A DNA stretch of 37,078 nt from Planctomycetia bacterium (GTDB lineage: Bacteria; Planctomycetota; Planctomycetia; Pirellulales; UBA1268), in NCBI GenBank assembly GCA_009926295.1, contig RFPF01000003.1, positions 1-37,078 on the forward strand, given 5' to 3'. Every line of letters begins with the position of its first letter. Position 1 is the first letter of the stretch. The notes below the pieces were generated by a model, which saw nothing but the letters and a program-made list of their open reading frames with translations, had not been told where the DNA came from and did no database searches. Position numbers and translations under genes: made by a program. Positions 9,683 to 19,400 of the stretch are shown one piece after another.

Positions 9683-10390
9683 ATGGCACTCGCCGTCTCA
9701 GCCGACGCCCTTCGCACCCTGCACCGACTGCAGCGTCAGATGACCGACCTGCGCGAGCAGCTCGCCGCAGGGCCGCGGCAGCTCGCCGTCGGCTCGAAGC
9801 AGGTCGAGGCCGCCGAGTCGGCCCATGCCGCCACGCTCGACGAGATCAAGAAGGCCAAGATGGCGGTCGACCAGAAGCAGCTCCAGCTGCGGTCGGCCGA
9901 ATCGAAGATCCTCGACCTCGAGGCCAAGCTCAACGCCTGCAAGACCAACCGCGAGTATCAGACTCTTCGCGACCAGATCGCCGCCGACCGGATGGCGACC
10001 AAGGTGCTCGAGGATGAGATCCTCGAGGCCCTCGACCGGCTCGACACCGTGAAGCGGAACGTCGCGCCGGCCGAGGCGGAGGTCGCCGCGGCGAAGAAGC
10101 GGCTCTCGGAGACGAGGGCCAAGGTCGACGGCGAAGCGACGCGGCTCGAGGCGGAGGTCGCCCGCATCCGGGCCGACCTCGATTCCGCCGAGAACGACCT
10201 GCCGCACGACTCCCGCGAGGTCTACCACCGGATCGTCAAGAGCAAGGGTGCCGACGCCATGGCGGCCGTCGAGGGGGAAAGCTGCGGCGGCTGCTTCCAG
10301 CAGCTGACCGGCAACATGCTCGCCGAGCTCTCGATGGGCCGCGTCGTCCCCTGCCGGGGCTGCGGCTGCCTGCTCTACGTGACCACCTAG
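9683..10390 (+). CDS. Coiled-coil protein with C4-type zinc ribbon (DUF164 / CT398-like)
   Basis: GAGGAG RBS before ATG 9683; long heptad coiled coil, KTNREYQTL, CGGC...CRGCGCLLY. Position after dnaG-rpoD is typical for this family. Confidence 0.88.
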   Translation: MALAVSADALRTLHRLQRQMTDLREQLAAGPRQLAVGSKQVEAAESAHAATLDEIKKAKMAVDQKQLQLRSAESKILDLEAKLNACKTNREYQTLRDQIAADRMATKVLEDEILEALDRLDTVKRNVAPAEAEVAAAKKRLSETRAKVDGEATRLEAEVARIRADLDSAENDLPHDSREVYHRIVKSKGADAMAAVEGESCGGCFQQLTGNMLAELSMGRVVPCRGCGCLLYVTT

Positions 10391-10462
10391 CGGGTGCCGA
10401 CGATTCGCGTCGGCGGCCCGATCCCGTTCACCAAGGACCCGTTCGTTTCCGGAAGCCCCGTC

Positions 10463-10942
10463 ATGTCAGACCGCATCCCGATGACCCGCGTCGGCTACGA
10501 CAAGCTCAAGGCCGAGATCGACCACCTCAACACCGTCGAAATGCCCAAGCTCGCGCAGCGGGTCGCGGCGGCCCGGAGCGAAGGCGACCTCAGCGAAAAC
10601 GCCGAATACCACGGCGCGCGGGAGAGCCAGGGGTTGATGCAGGCAAAGATCAATCTCCTCGCCGACAAGTTGGCCCGCGCCGTGATCGTGGAGCGGCCCA
10701 AGGAGGCGACCGACGAGGTGGTGTTCGGTGCCACGATCGTCGTCAGGGATCTGAAGTTTGGGGACGAGGAAATATTCGTGCTCGTCGGAGCCGGCGAGGA
10801 GGACTACGACGCCGGCCGGATCAACGTGGCGAGCCCTCTCGCGCAGGGCCTGCTCGGACGCCGGGTCGGCGAGAAGGTCTCGATCGACGTGCCGGCGGGC
10901 ACGATGAAGTTCGAGATCCTCGAGGTCCGTTTCGACGACTAG
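10463..10942 (+). CDS. greA: Transcription elongation factor GreA
   Basis: IPMTRVGYDKL, EGDLSENAEYHGARE, VVFGATI, SPLAQGLLG. Confidence 0.95.
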   Translation: MSDRIPMTRVGYDKLKAEIDHLNTVEMPKLAQRVAAARSEGDLSENAEYHGARESQGLMQAKINLLADKLARAVIVERPKEATDEVVFGATIVVRDLKFGDEEIFVLVGAGEEDYDAGRINVASPLAQGLLGRRVGEKVSIDVPAGTMKFEILEVRFDD

Positions 10943-11670
10943 CCCGCCACCACGCCCTCCCAGAGGGCGCTGCCCACGCGCACGAGGGTGGCACCCTCGA
11001 GGATCGCGGCCTCGAAGTCGTCGCTCATCCCCATCGAGAGTTCGACGAGTTCCGCCGCGTCGCCGAGTCGCTCCCTCATCCGGTCGCGCAGCATCCGCAG
11101 CCTCGAGAACTGGCGCCGGGCGGAGTCCACGGTTTCGTCAGGAACGCTCGCCATGCCCATGAGTCCACGCACGCGGACGTGGGCCAGCCCGGCGAGCGCG
11201 GCCAGCAACGGCTCCGCCTCCGTCTCCGCCACGCCCGTGCGTCCCGGATCGCCGGCGAGGTTCACCTCCACGAGGACGTCGCAGGGCCTGCCGAGGAGTG
11301 ATGCCTCCTCCTCGATGGCCTCGGCCAGCCTCAGGCTGTCGAGCGAGTGGATCAGCGAGACGAGCCCGACCGTGCGGCGCACCTTGTTCCGTTGCAGGTG
11401 GCCGACGAGGTGCCAGCGCGGCGGCGGATCGAGACCCTCTAGCGCGGAGGCTTTCGCCCACAGGGCCTGCGGCCTGCTTTCCGCGAGGTCGGTACACCCG
11501 GCCGCGAGCAGCCGGGCGGCCCAGTCCGGCGACACGTACTTCGTCACGCCCACGAGGCTCACGGAGGCGGGGTCGCGCCCGGCCCTGCCGCAGGCGTCGG
11601 CGATCCGCCCCCGGACCGCGTCGAGATTCGCCCGGAGCCCCGCCATGGAGATGTCGTTCACGGGATTCAT
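10939..11670 (-). CDS. yggS: PLP homeostasis protein YggS/PROSC
   Basis: LVGVTKY (PLP Lys), WHLVGHLQRNK, IHSLDS, GLMGMA, LSMGMSDDFEAAILEGATLVRVGSAL. Start set at ATG 11670. Confidence 0.93.
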   Translation of the reverse strand: MNPVNDISMAGLRANLDAVRGRIADACGRAGRDPASVSLVGVTKYVSPDWAARLLAAGCTDLAESRPQALWAKASALEGLDPPPRWHLVGHLQRNKVRRTVGLVSLIHSLDSLRLAEAIEEEASLLGRPCDVLVEVNLAGDPGRTGVAETEAEPLLAALAGLAHVRVRGLMGMASVPDETVDSARRQFSRLRMLRDRMRERLGDAAELVELSMGMSDDFEAAILEGATLVRVGSALWEGVVAG

Positions 11671-11690
11671 CGCCCCGGCGACTGGCGCGC

Positions 11691-13511
11691 CTACTCGATT
11701 TCGAGCGTTCGCGACACCACGCCGTCCCCACCGATGCGGCCGACGAGGAACTCGCACGACAGGTTGCAGCCCAGCACGCTCCGGTTCCTCGGCAGGTCGA
11801 GGGATCGATAGAGCAGCCACTGCTCGAGCCCCGACTGCACTCGGAACCCGGCCGCCTGGTGGCGGGGCAGGTTCCGCCTCGTGTCGGCCACGGTGAGTTG
11901 TCGCCAGGTGAGCGGTCGCCCGATCCTCGCAGGGCGGCAGTCGAGCCAGAGGGGAGAGTAGAGCCGTCCGCCCGGCGAATCCTGACGCAGGACGAGCCTG
12001 CCATCCCCGGCCTCGAGCCCACCCGCCGCCGGGGCCGCGGTCCATTCAGGCAGCGCCAGCGGCAGGGCGAGGAGCCGCATCGTCGTATCGTAAACGACGA
12101 CCTCCCGCGTTTCCTCGGCGGTCTCCGCCTCCAGCGCGCTTCCGAGCGAAATCCCCGACTCGATCCGCAGCGGCGCGGCACACGGGCCGGCCGTGGTCGT
12201 GATCGCATCGGCCAGCAGCACGACGGCGTCGCGAGCGAGAACCACGACCTGCCGCTCGAGCCTCAGATCCCCTCCGAGCGGCGCCGTGATCTCGAGGAAC
12301 GCCGCCTTGCGGTCCGACTCGAAGCCCGACACGGTCCAGGGGCCCTCCGCCTCGAGGGGCCGACCGTCGCACCAGACGCGCCACGACCACGGGCCGTCGA
12401 CCAGCAGCCTGTCGCCCGTCGCCACCTCGAGCCGCGGCACCGACTCCCGATAGTCCACCAGCACCCGCACGGAGTCGCGTTGCCAGCCGGTGCGGATCAC
12501 CGCCGTGGCGGAGTCGGCTGCGTGGAGGTCGCGTGGGAGGAGCCGCTTCGCCCTGCGCGAATCGATCTTCCGCGGCGGCTTGCGGAGCGCCGCCGCCGTG
12601 CGCGCGATGGCGCCCCGCTCGCCTTGGGCGGCATCGAGCAGCGGTTGAGAACACGACGCCGGCAGACGCCCCGCACCGGTGAGCGTGCGGCCGTGCCCGC
12701 CGAGCAGCCGCAGGGCCATGACCAGCGCCACCCGCCAGCGTTTTTCCGTGGCCTCGTCCCACGGCTCCGGTCCGCCGGTGGCGGCGGCCGCCTCGCGGAA
12801 CGCCGTCCAGCGCACGACCCTCTCGACGACTGCCGCCGAGCCGAGCGGCTCTCCGGAGATCGCCACCGCGCCGTCGTTCGAGACGAGCCTGCCGATCTCC
12901 TCGGCGAGCGCCGCGTTGGCGTCCCCCTCCAGGCACCGGCACGCCTCGATGTCGCGAAACAGCCGCGCGAGGGTCACCACGAAACGCGCCGGGGTGGTGT
13001 CGCGTGCCCGCAGGTCGTCAGATCCCTGCCGTGCGATCTTGACGAGTCGCTCGAGCAGTCCGCCCGCCGAGCCGCCCGCCCTCCGGGTGCGGGCGAGCCA
13101 CGCGAGCCCCCACGTCGCTGCCTCGCACGACAGCCAGCCCTCCTGCGGAGAGGCGCCGCACCGGGGGTCGTCGAGGCACTCCCCGAGCAGCCCCTCGATG
13201 AACGCGATCCCGCGCACGTCACGCGAGCCGTGGGCCACGAGCCGCGCGAGCCGGCGCAGCCGCCGCCGCCCCGGCAGCGATTCGCTCAGTTCCGCGAGCA
13301 CGCCGATCCTGCGGGCGGCAGCGCGGGCCTTGACCTTCATCGGCTGGCCGGCGTTCGGGGCCGAGGTCCGGCGGCTCGCCGTTGTGGAAGCGAGACCTGC
13401 GGCCGCGGCGGTCCGGTCGGCGGACGCCTTCCCCGGCCGGGCGGCCTCGGCCTCGCGGCCGGATGCTCGGCGGTTCCGACGGCGCTGGTCATCCTTCTTC
13501 GTCGCGGGCAT
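11691..13511 (-). CDS. Hypothetical protein, 606 aa; possible degenerate heparinase II/III-like fold
   Basis: Coding-like GC3 bias; basic N-terminal tail, helical middle, beta-rich C-terminus starting AVIRTGW, ending LTWRQLTVAD...QWLLYRSL...EFLVGR. Ends 20 nt before yggS. Family assignment is weak. Confidence 0.7.
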   Translation of the reverse strand: MPATKKDDQRRRNRRASGREAEAARPGKASADRTAAAAGLASTTASRRTSAPNAGQPMKVKARAAARRIGVLAELSESLPGRRRLRRLARLVAHGSRDVRGIAFIEGLLGECLDDPRCGASPQEGWLSCEAATWGLAWLARTRRAGGSAGGLLERLVKIARQGSDDLRARDTTPARFVVTLARLFRDIEACRCLEGDANAALAEEIGRLVSNDGAVAISGEPLGSAAVVERVVRWTAFREAAAATGGPEPWDEATEKRWRVALVMALRLLGGHGRTLTGAGRLPASCSQPLLDAAQGERGAIARTAAALRKPPRKIDSRRAKRLLPRDLHAADSATAVIRTGWQRDSVRVLVDYRESVPRLEVATGDRLLVDGPWSWRVWCDGRPLEAEGPWTVSGFESDRKAAFLEITAPLGGDLRLERQVVVLARDAVVLLADAITTTAGPCAAPLRIESGISLGSALEAETAEETREVVVYDTTMRLLALPLALPEWTAAPAAGGLEAGDGRLVLRQDSPGGRLYSPLWLDCRPARIGRPLTWRQLTVADTRRNLPRHQAAGFRVQSGLEQWLLYRSLDLPRNRSVLGCNLSCEFLVGRIGGDGVVSRTLEIE

Positions 13512-13613
13512 GTGGCGTCACCGTGGGAAACTGGGGGAGGACCCTTCTGCGGACGGCCGTGACCGCGGTATGGTAGCGGAGGTTCTGATCCTCATCCACG
13601 GGCTGCCGCCGAG

Positions 13614-14303
13614 ATGTGCCTCCGCCGCCGACGCCTGCTCGTGCTGGGACTGACGCTGGCCGCGGCGGCACTCCTGCCGGTGCGGGCGTGGAGCGAGCCC
13701 GCCGATCTGCATCCCGAGCTCAAGCGGCTTTCCCCGGCCGAGGAGGTCTGGGTCGATCGCAATCGCGGGGAAGTGGTCGTCGGGGGACGGATCGCGCTCG
13801 ATCGCGGCCCCATCGAGTTCTTCGCCTGTCCCGAAGGCACGAAGGAACACGAGTCGATCGTCGCCACCCGGGCCTCGGCCCGGCTGATCCACGCCGCCCT
13901 GCTCGCCGTCGGCCTCGTGCCGGGAAAACCGGTCTCGTTCGATCCCGCCTACGTGGCGGCCTCGGGGCCCCGTGTCCGCATCCGCATCCGCTGGAAGGCT
14001 GCCGACGGCACCACCAACACGATCGACGCCCGCACGTGGGTCCGTGACGTCAGGACGGATAAACCGCTCGACGCCGACTGGGTGTTCGCGGGCAGCAGTT
14101 TCTGGACCGATCCCGCCGACGGCACCGAGTATTACCAGGCCGATGGGGGCGACCTCGTCTGCGTCTCGAACTTCCCCACCGCCATGATCGACCTCCCGGT
14201 GGAAAGTTCGCAGTCGAACGAGGCGCTGCTCTTCGAGGCCTTCGCGGGCCGTGTGCCGCCGCGCGGCACCTCCGTCGAGATGGTGCTCTCGGCGGCGCCA
14301 TGA
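13614..14303 (+). CDS. Secreted YdjY-domain protein
   Basis: Signal peptide (RRRRLLVLGLTLAAAALL); GPIEFFACPEGTKEHESIV, IHAALLAVG, WVFAGS, GDLVCVSNF. Confidence 0.65.
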   Translation: MCLRRRRLLVLGLTLAAAALLPVRAWSEPADLHPELKRLSPAEEVWVDRNRGEVVVGGRIALDRGPIEFFACPEGTKEHESIVATRASARLIHAALLAVGLVPGKPVSFDPAYVAASGPRVRIRIRWKAADGTTNTIDARTWVRDVRTDKPLDADWVFAGSSFWTDPADGTEYYQADGGDLVCVSNFPTAMIDLPVESSQSNEALLFEAFAGRVPPRGTSVEMVLSAAP

Positions 14304-14318
14304 GCCTTCCCGCCGGCC

Positions 14319-15167
14319 CTACCCGATGCGGCAGTGCGCCAGAATGTCTGCGGCGTTCGCCGCATACCCGGTGTAAAACGGCCCGAATTCCGCATATCGA
14401 GCGCTCGCCTCGTCGAACCTCATCGTGTACACGATGTCCTTGAGGAAGTCGGGACGCCGCGCCCAGAGCGTGACGCCCCACTCCCAGTCGTCGAGGCCGA
14501 CGCTCACGGTGATGAGCTGCGTGACGCGGCCGCCGAACGACATCCCGGTGCGACCGTGCTCGGCCATCAGCCGGCTGCGGTCCTCGAACGGCAGCAGGAA
14601 CCAGTTCTCCCCAACCTCGCGCTTCTTGTTCATCGGGTAGAAGCAGGCGTTCGGCCAGGGCGGCAGGTCGGGCTCGATCCGCGCCTTCCGCATCGCCGGC
14701 TCCCTGGCGGCGTAGCCCTGCACCTTCGCCTTGTAGGCCGCGCCGTCGGGCGACTCGCCCTCGTCCACGAGTCGCTTGGCGTACTGCTCGACGTTCGGTA
14801 CGTACTCGCTCACCTCGGTGAGGCCGACGAACGAGTAGGTCGGCACGACCACCGACCCGAGGCCTCCGGAGAGCAGCCGCTGATGGACTCCCTCGACCAC
14901 CATGGGCGAGGGATCCATGGCCACGACGCCGAAGTCGGCCTTGTGGCCCGCCACGATCCATGCCTGGAGCCGCCGCGGCGCGTCGGATGCGGCCGGGTCG
15001 AGGACCGCGGCGAACCTCCGCCTCACGTCTTCGAGGCCCGCCACGCTCAGCTTCCCGAGCCGGCCGCGGTCGAAGGAGTAGAAGGAGTGCGTGACGTGCC
15101 ATCCCTTCGACGGCTCCAGTGACACCTCGTCGGTCTGCGGTTCGGTTTCGGGGCGGGCGGGCTGCAT
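14319..15167 (-). CDS. chdC: Coproheme decarboxylase (chlorite dismutase family)
   Basis: GHKADF, FYPMNKKR (ChdC Y-P-M-x-K motif), ENWF, EHG (proximal His), VTQLITVSVGLDDWEWGV, MRFDEASARYAEFG. Confidence 0.85.
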   Translation of the reverse strand: MQPARPETEPQTDEVSLEPSKGWHVTHSFYSFDRGRLGKLSVAGLEDVRRRFAAVLDPAASDAPRRLQAWIVAGHKADFGVVAMDPSPMVVEGVHQRLLSGGLGSVVVPTYSFVGLTEVSEYVPNVEQYAKRLVDEGESPDGAAYKAKVQGYAAREPAMRKARIEPDLPPWPNACFYPMNKKREVGENWFLLPFEDRSRLMAEHGRTGMSFGGRVTQLITVSVGLDDWEWGVTLWARRPDFLKDIVYTMRFDEASARYAEFGPFYTGYAANAADILAHCRIG

Positions 15168-15325
15168 GCGGCGAATTTCCGGAGTTTCTCGCCCGCGAAG
15201 TCTACGCCCGCGGCCCGTGCATTCCCAGTGGCGGCGCGAGGCGTGCGGCTGTCCAAGCGTCGCGTCGCCACGATAAGATTGGGGGGCAGGAACGAACCGA
15301 GTACACGCACCAGGGGAGATCGACC

Positions 15326-15598
15326 ATGGGACAGGCGATCGTCGATCCGCAGGAACTGCGGCGTTTCGCCCAGCGACTGCGGCATTTCAGCAACGAGGTC
15401 ATGACCCAGATGCAGACGGTGCAGCGGCAGCTCGCCGCCCTCGGCGCCAGTTGGCGCGACCAGGAACACCAGAAGTTCCAGGAGGAGTTCGAACAGCAGC
15501 TCAACACGTTCGGCCGATTCGTCGAATCGACGGGCGAATACGTCCCCTACCTGATCCGCAAGGCGGAGCGGGTGGAGGAATACCAGCAGCAGCGCTGA
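15326..15598 (+). CDS. WXG100 family (ESAT-6-like) protein, W-R-D variant
   Basis: GGGGAG RBS; 90 aa; IVDPQELRRFAQRL start, central ASWRDQEHQKF turn, helical hairpin size and pattern typical of WXG100. Confidence 0.88.
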   Translation: MGQAIVDPQELRRFAQRLRHFSNEVMTQMQTVQRQLAALGASWRDQEHQKFQEEFEQQLNTFGRFVESTGEYVPYLIRKAERVEEYQQQR

Positions 15599-15609
15599 CA
15601 ACTCCCCAG

Positions 15610-16218
15610 ATGTCCACCCAGGCCGATGTCAAATCGCTCGACACGCTCGCCTTCGTGAAGGCCGCGCTCGCGGCCTACGCCCACGAGAGCGCGGGGGCCC
15701 TCGACGAGATCGAACTCGAGGGCCGCAAGGCCGTCGACTACATCACCGTCGACCAGGCGGCCTTCTGGAAGGCGGAGGTGCGGAGGTGCAACGATCTTGT
15801 GAACCAGGCGATCAAGGATCTCGAGCACTGCCGGGCCTTCAAGAAGGTGGGCGACAACCAGCCCTCCTGCGCCGAGGAGAAAAAGGCGCTGGAGAAGGCG
15901 CGGGCGAAGCTCGCCCGCGCCGAGCGAAAGGCGGAGGCCGTGCGGCGCTGGACGCCGGTCGTGCTCCAGCAGTTTCGGGAGACGTGCGTGCGTCTCGTGC
16001 ACTTTCGCGAAGTGGTCGACGTCGACTGCCCGAAGGCGATCGCCCGGGTCGAGCGGATGCTCAGGTCGCTCGAGGCGTACGGCCAGCTCTCCGGGCCACG
16101 GCCGGACTCGACCGACGCCGCCGGCGGGAGCGCGGCGGCTGTGACGCGGCAGATTGAGGAAGCCCCGTCCGGAACGTCCGCCGCGCCGGTGGTGGACGAC
16201 GCGGGGGCGGCGACATGA
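15610..16218 (+). CDS. Hypothetical helical protein (202 aa) in WXG100/FtsK operon
   Basis: ATG 11 nt after the WXG100 stop; amphipathic coiled-coil sequence; stop overlaps the next start (ATGA). Confidence 0.8.
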   Translation: MSTQADVKSLDTLAFVKAALAAYAHESAGALDEIELEGRKAVDYITVDQAAFWKAEVRRCNDLVNQAIKDLEHCRAFKKVGDNQPSCAEEKKALEKARAKLARAERKAEAVRRWTPVVLQQFRETCVRLVHFREVVDVDCPKAIARVERMLRSLEAYGQLSGPRPDSTDAAGGSAAAVTRQIEEAPSGTSAAPVVDDAGAAT

Positions 16219-16451
16219 AGCACTTCGACCTGTCCAGTGGAGCGGCGAAGATGGCGCTGGCCCTCAAGCAGCTCGACCTGAAGTGGGAGACTGCCAAGGA
16301 GACCTGGAACGACTCCACCAGCAAGGCCTTCCACAAGGAGCACATCGAGCCGCTGATGCCCGAGGTCAAGCAGACGCTCGAGGCGGTGGGGCGGCTCGCA
16401 GAGGTGCTGGCCCGGGCTGCCCGCGACGTGAGCGACCAATTCGATGGCTGA
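16215..16451 (+). CDS. Small WXG100-like helical hairpin protein (78 aa, W-N-D)
   Basis: LKWETAKETWNDSTSKAF aligns with the WRD turn of 15326-15598; translationally coupled on both sides. Confidence 0.78.
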   Translation: MKHFDLSSGAAKMALALKQLDLKWETAKETWNDSTSKAFHKEHIEPLMPEVKQTLEAVGRLAEVLARAARDVSDQFDG

Positions 16452-19400
16452 AGCCCCCGCCGAACCGGCTCCCGACACCCCCTACGATCGCGACGTGCTC
16501 CGGGCACAGATGGCGACGCTGCGCAGCGAGGCTGCGGCCCGGGCGAAGCTCGAGAACGAGATCGCGGCGGAACACGAGGCCGAACGCACCGCGGCCCAAG
16601 CCGACTCCGACCAGAAGCTCGCTGCGACCCGCGAGAAATATGCGCGGGAGATCGACGCCACCCGGCGGGAGTACGAAACGGTGCTCCAGAAGGTGGCGGC
16701 CCAAGCCGCAGCCGAGCAGAAGAAGCTCGACGAGCAGCGCAAGGGCTTCGCCGCCACGATCCTCCGCACCTGCGCCGCCCAGGAGAAGCAGCTCAAGGAC
16801 GACGACCAGTTCGAGGACTCGACGTTCCGCGACACCTGGAAGGACAAGCGCAAGGAACCCAACCAACGCCACGCCCGGGCGGAGAAGGAACTCACCCGCA
16901 CGCTCGCGCAGCTCGACGAGGCGGACCACAAGAGCCTCCAGGCGCTGGCCGGATGGCGGATCACCCCGCCGCCCGAGCCCGGCGACCAGGCTTCACTCGA
17001 CTCCTCGGCCCCGCTCGAATCATCCCCGCCGGCCGGAGACGTGCTCGCACAGCTCGAGCGGCTTCGGGCGGAAATCGTCGAGGCGGCCGCCGCGCTCTGC
17101 GGCCTCGCCACGGCTCGCACGGCGTTCTCCGGGGGCACCCTGGGCGCGGCGATCGTCCTGCCGATCGTCGCCGCTCTCGCCGCCGCTGCGGCAACCTTCT
17201 TCCTCGTGCCCGGCGACATGCAGCTCCGGTCGATCGTGGCGGGCACCGTCGCACTCCTCGTCGCGGGACTCGGCGCCGGACTGTCCGTGGTGCTGGTCGG
17301 GAGGCTGCGGAAGCGGGCTCGGGCGGAGGCCGTCGACCTGCGGGCGAGGCTCGGCGGCGAGATCACCCGCGCCCGCCGCCTGCACGCCGCGGGCCTCCAA
17401 TTCATCAAGGCCCGGCGCGACGACCAGGCCCGCGAACTCGAGGAGCGGTTCAATCGCGAGGTCGCCGAGCGGGCCGCCGTGCTGCAGGCGAAGCTCGCGG
17501 AGGCCGTCGCCCGAAAGGACAAGCAGTCGGCCGAACTCGAGGCGAAGTACCATGCGAAGGTCGCCGAGATCGCCCGCAAGCGGGATTCCTCGAAGCAGGC
17601 CGCCGAAGCGAAGTATCCACCCCGCTTGGCGGCCCTCGAGACCGGCTGCCGGGAGGATCTCGCCCGCCTCGAGTCGGCCAAAGTGGAGCGGCTGGCAGCC
17701 GCGGACGCCCGCCGTGACCAGCGCTGGCGGGAGATGACGGACCGCTGGCGTGAGGCCCGCACCTCGACGGCTGCGGTGTACGAGGAGGTGAGCCGCATCG
17801 ACGCCGAGGCGTTTCGTGGCTGGGAGGCCCTTGCCGACGAGGCCACCCCGCTGCCGGTCGCCTGCCCGCAGGGCCTGCGGTTCGGAACCCAGTCGCTGAC
17901 GCTCGAAAAGGTTCCCGGAGGCGTCTCGCCGCATGCCGAGCTGAACGCGTTCGGACCGGTATCGTGGACACAGCCGGCACTCGTGCCCTTTCCACGCCAC
18001 GCATCCCTCCTCATCAAGACGACGGCCGACCAGAAGGAGACGGCGTCGGCCATGATGCAGGCCCTCATGCTCCGCATCGCCAGCGGCATCCCGGCCGGGC
18101 AGAGCCGCTTCACGATCATCGACCCGCTCGGCCTCGGCAAGCAGTTTGCAGGCTTCATGCATCTCGCCGATCACGACGAACTGCTCGTCACCAGCCGCAT
18201 CTGGACGGAGCCGCAGCAGATCGAGCAGCGGCTCGCCGACATCACCGAACAGATGGAGGTGGTCATCCAGAAGTACCTCCGCAACGAATACGAGTCGATC
18301 GGGGACTACAACGCCGATGCCGAGGTGCCGGAGCCCTACCGATTCGTGGCCGTCGCCAATTTTCCCGCGAACTTCACGGAAACGAGCGCCCGGCGGTTGG
18401 CGAGCATCGCGGCCAGCGGCGCCCGCTGCGGCGTCTACCTCGTCCTCTCGGTCGACACGAAGGCGGCGCTGCCGTCCGACTTCAGCCTTGCCGACGTCGA
18501 GAAGCACTCCACGACGCTCGTCCTCAAGGACGGCACGTTCACGTGGACCGACCCGGAATTCTCCAGGTGGCCGCTGACCGTCGAGCAGGCGCCGTCCGAC
18601 GAGGTGTTCACGCAGATCATCCAGCGGGTGGGGAAGGCCGCCAAGGCGGCCAAGCGGGTGGAGGTGCCCTTCGACCGCGTCGCGCCGAAGGAGGAGGACT
18701 GGTGGAAGGGGAGCACGGCGAGCGAGGTGCTCGCGCCGCTCGGCCCGGCCGGGGCGAAGAAGCTGCAATACCTCAAGCTCGGCAAGGGCACGAGCCAGCA
18801 CGTGCTCATCGCCGGCAAGACGGGCTCCGGAAAATCGACGCTGATGCACGCCATGATCACGAGCCTGGCGTTGCAATACAGCCCCAACGAGATCCAGTTC
18901 TACCTCATCGACTTCAAGAAGGGCGTCGAATTCAAGCTCTACGACCACTACAAGCTGCCGCACGCCCGGGTGATCGCGATCGAGAGCGAGCGCGAGTTCG
19001 GGCTCTCGGTGCTCGAGCAGCTCGACCGCGAGCTCAAGCGCCGCGGCGACCTGTTCCGCGACCTCGCCGTGCAGGACGTGGCTGGGTTTCGCGCCACCGG
19101 CCACGCCGACCCGATGCCGCGGATCCTCCTCATCATCGACGAGTTCCAGGAAATCTTCGTCGAGGACGACAAGTTGGCGCAGGAGGCGGCCCTGATCCTC
19201 GACCGGCTGGTGCGTCAGGGCCGTGCGTTCGGCATGCACGTGCTCCTCGGGTCGCAGACGCTCGGCGGCTCCTACAGCCTCCCCCGCGCCACGATGGGGC
19301 AGATGGCGGTGCGGGTAGCGCTGCAGTGCAACGAAGCCGACTCCAGCCTGATCCTCTCGGAGGACAACACGGCGGCCAGGCTGCTCACGCGGCCGGGCGA

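Noticed and set aside
14319-15167. Chlorite dismutase
   Set aside because: Distal Arg is absent and the ChdC Y-P-M-x-K motif is present.
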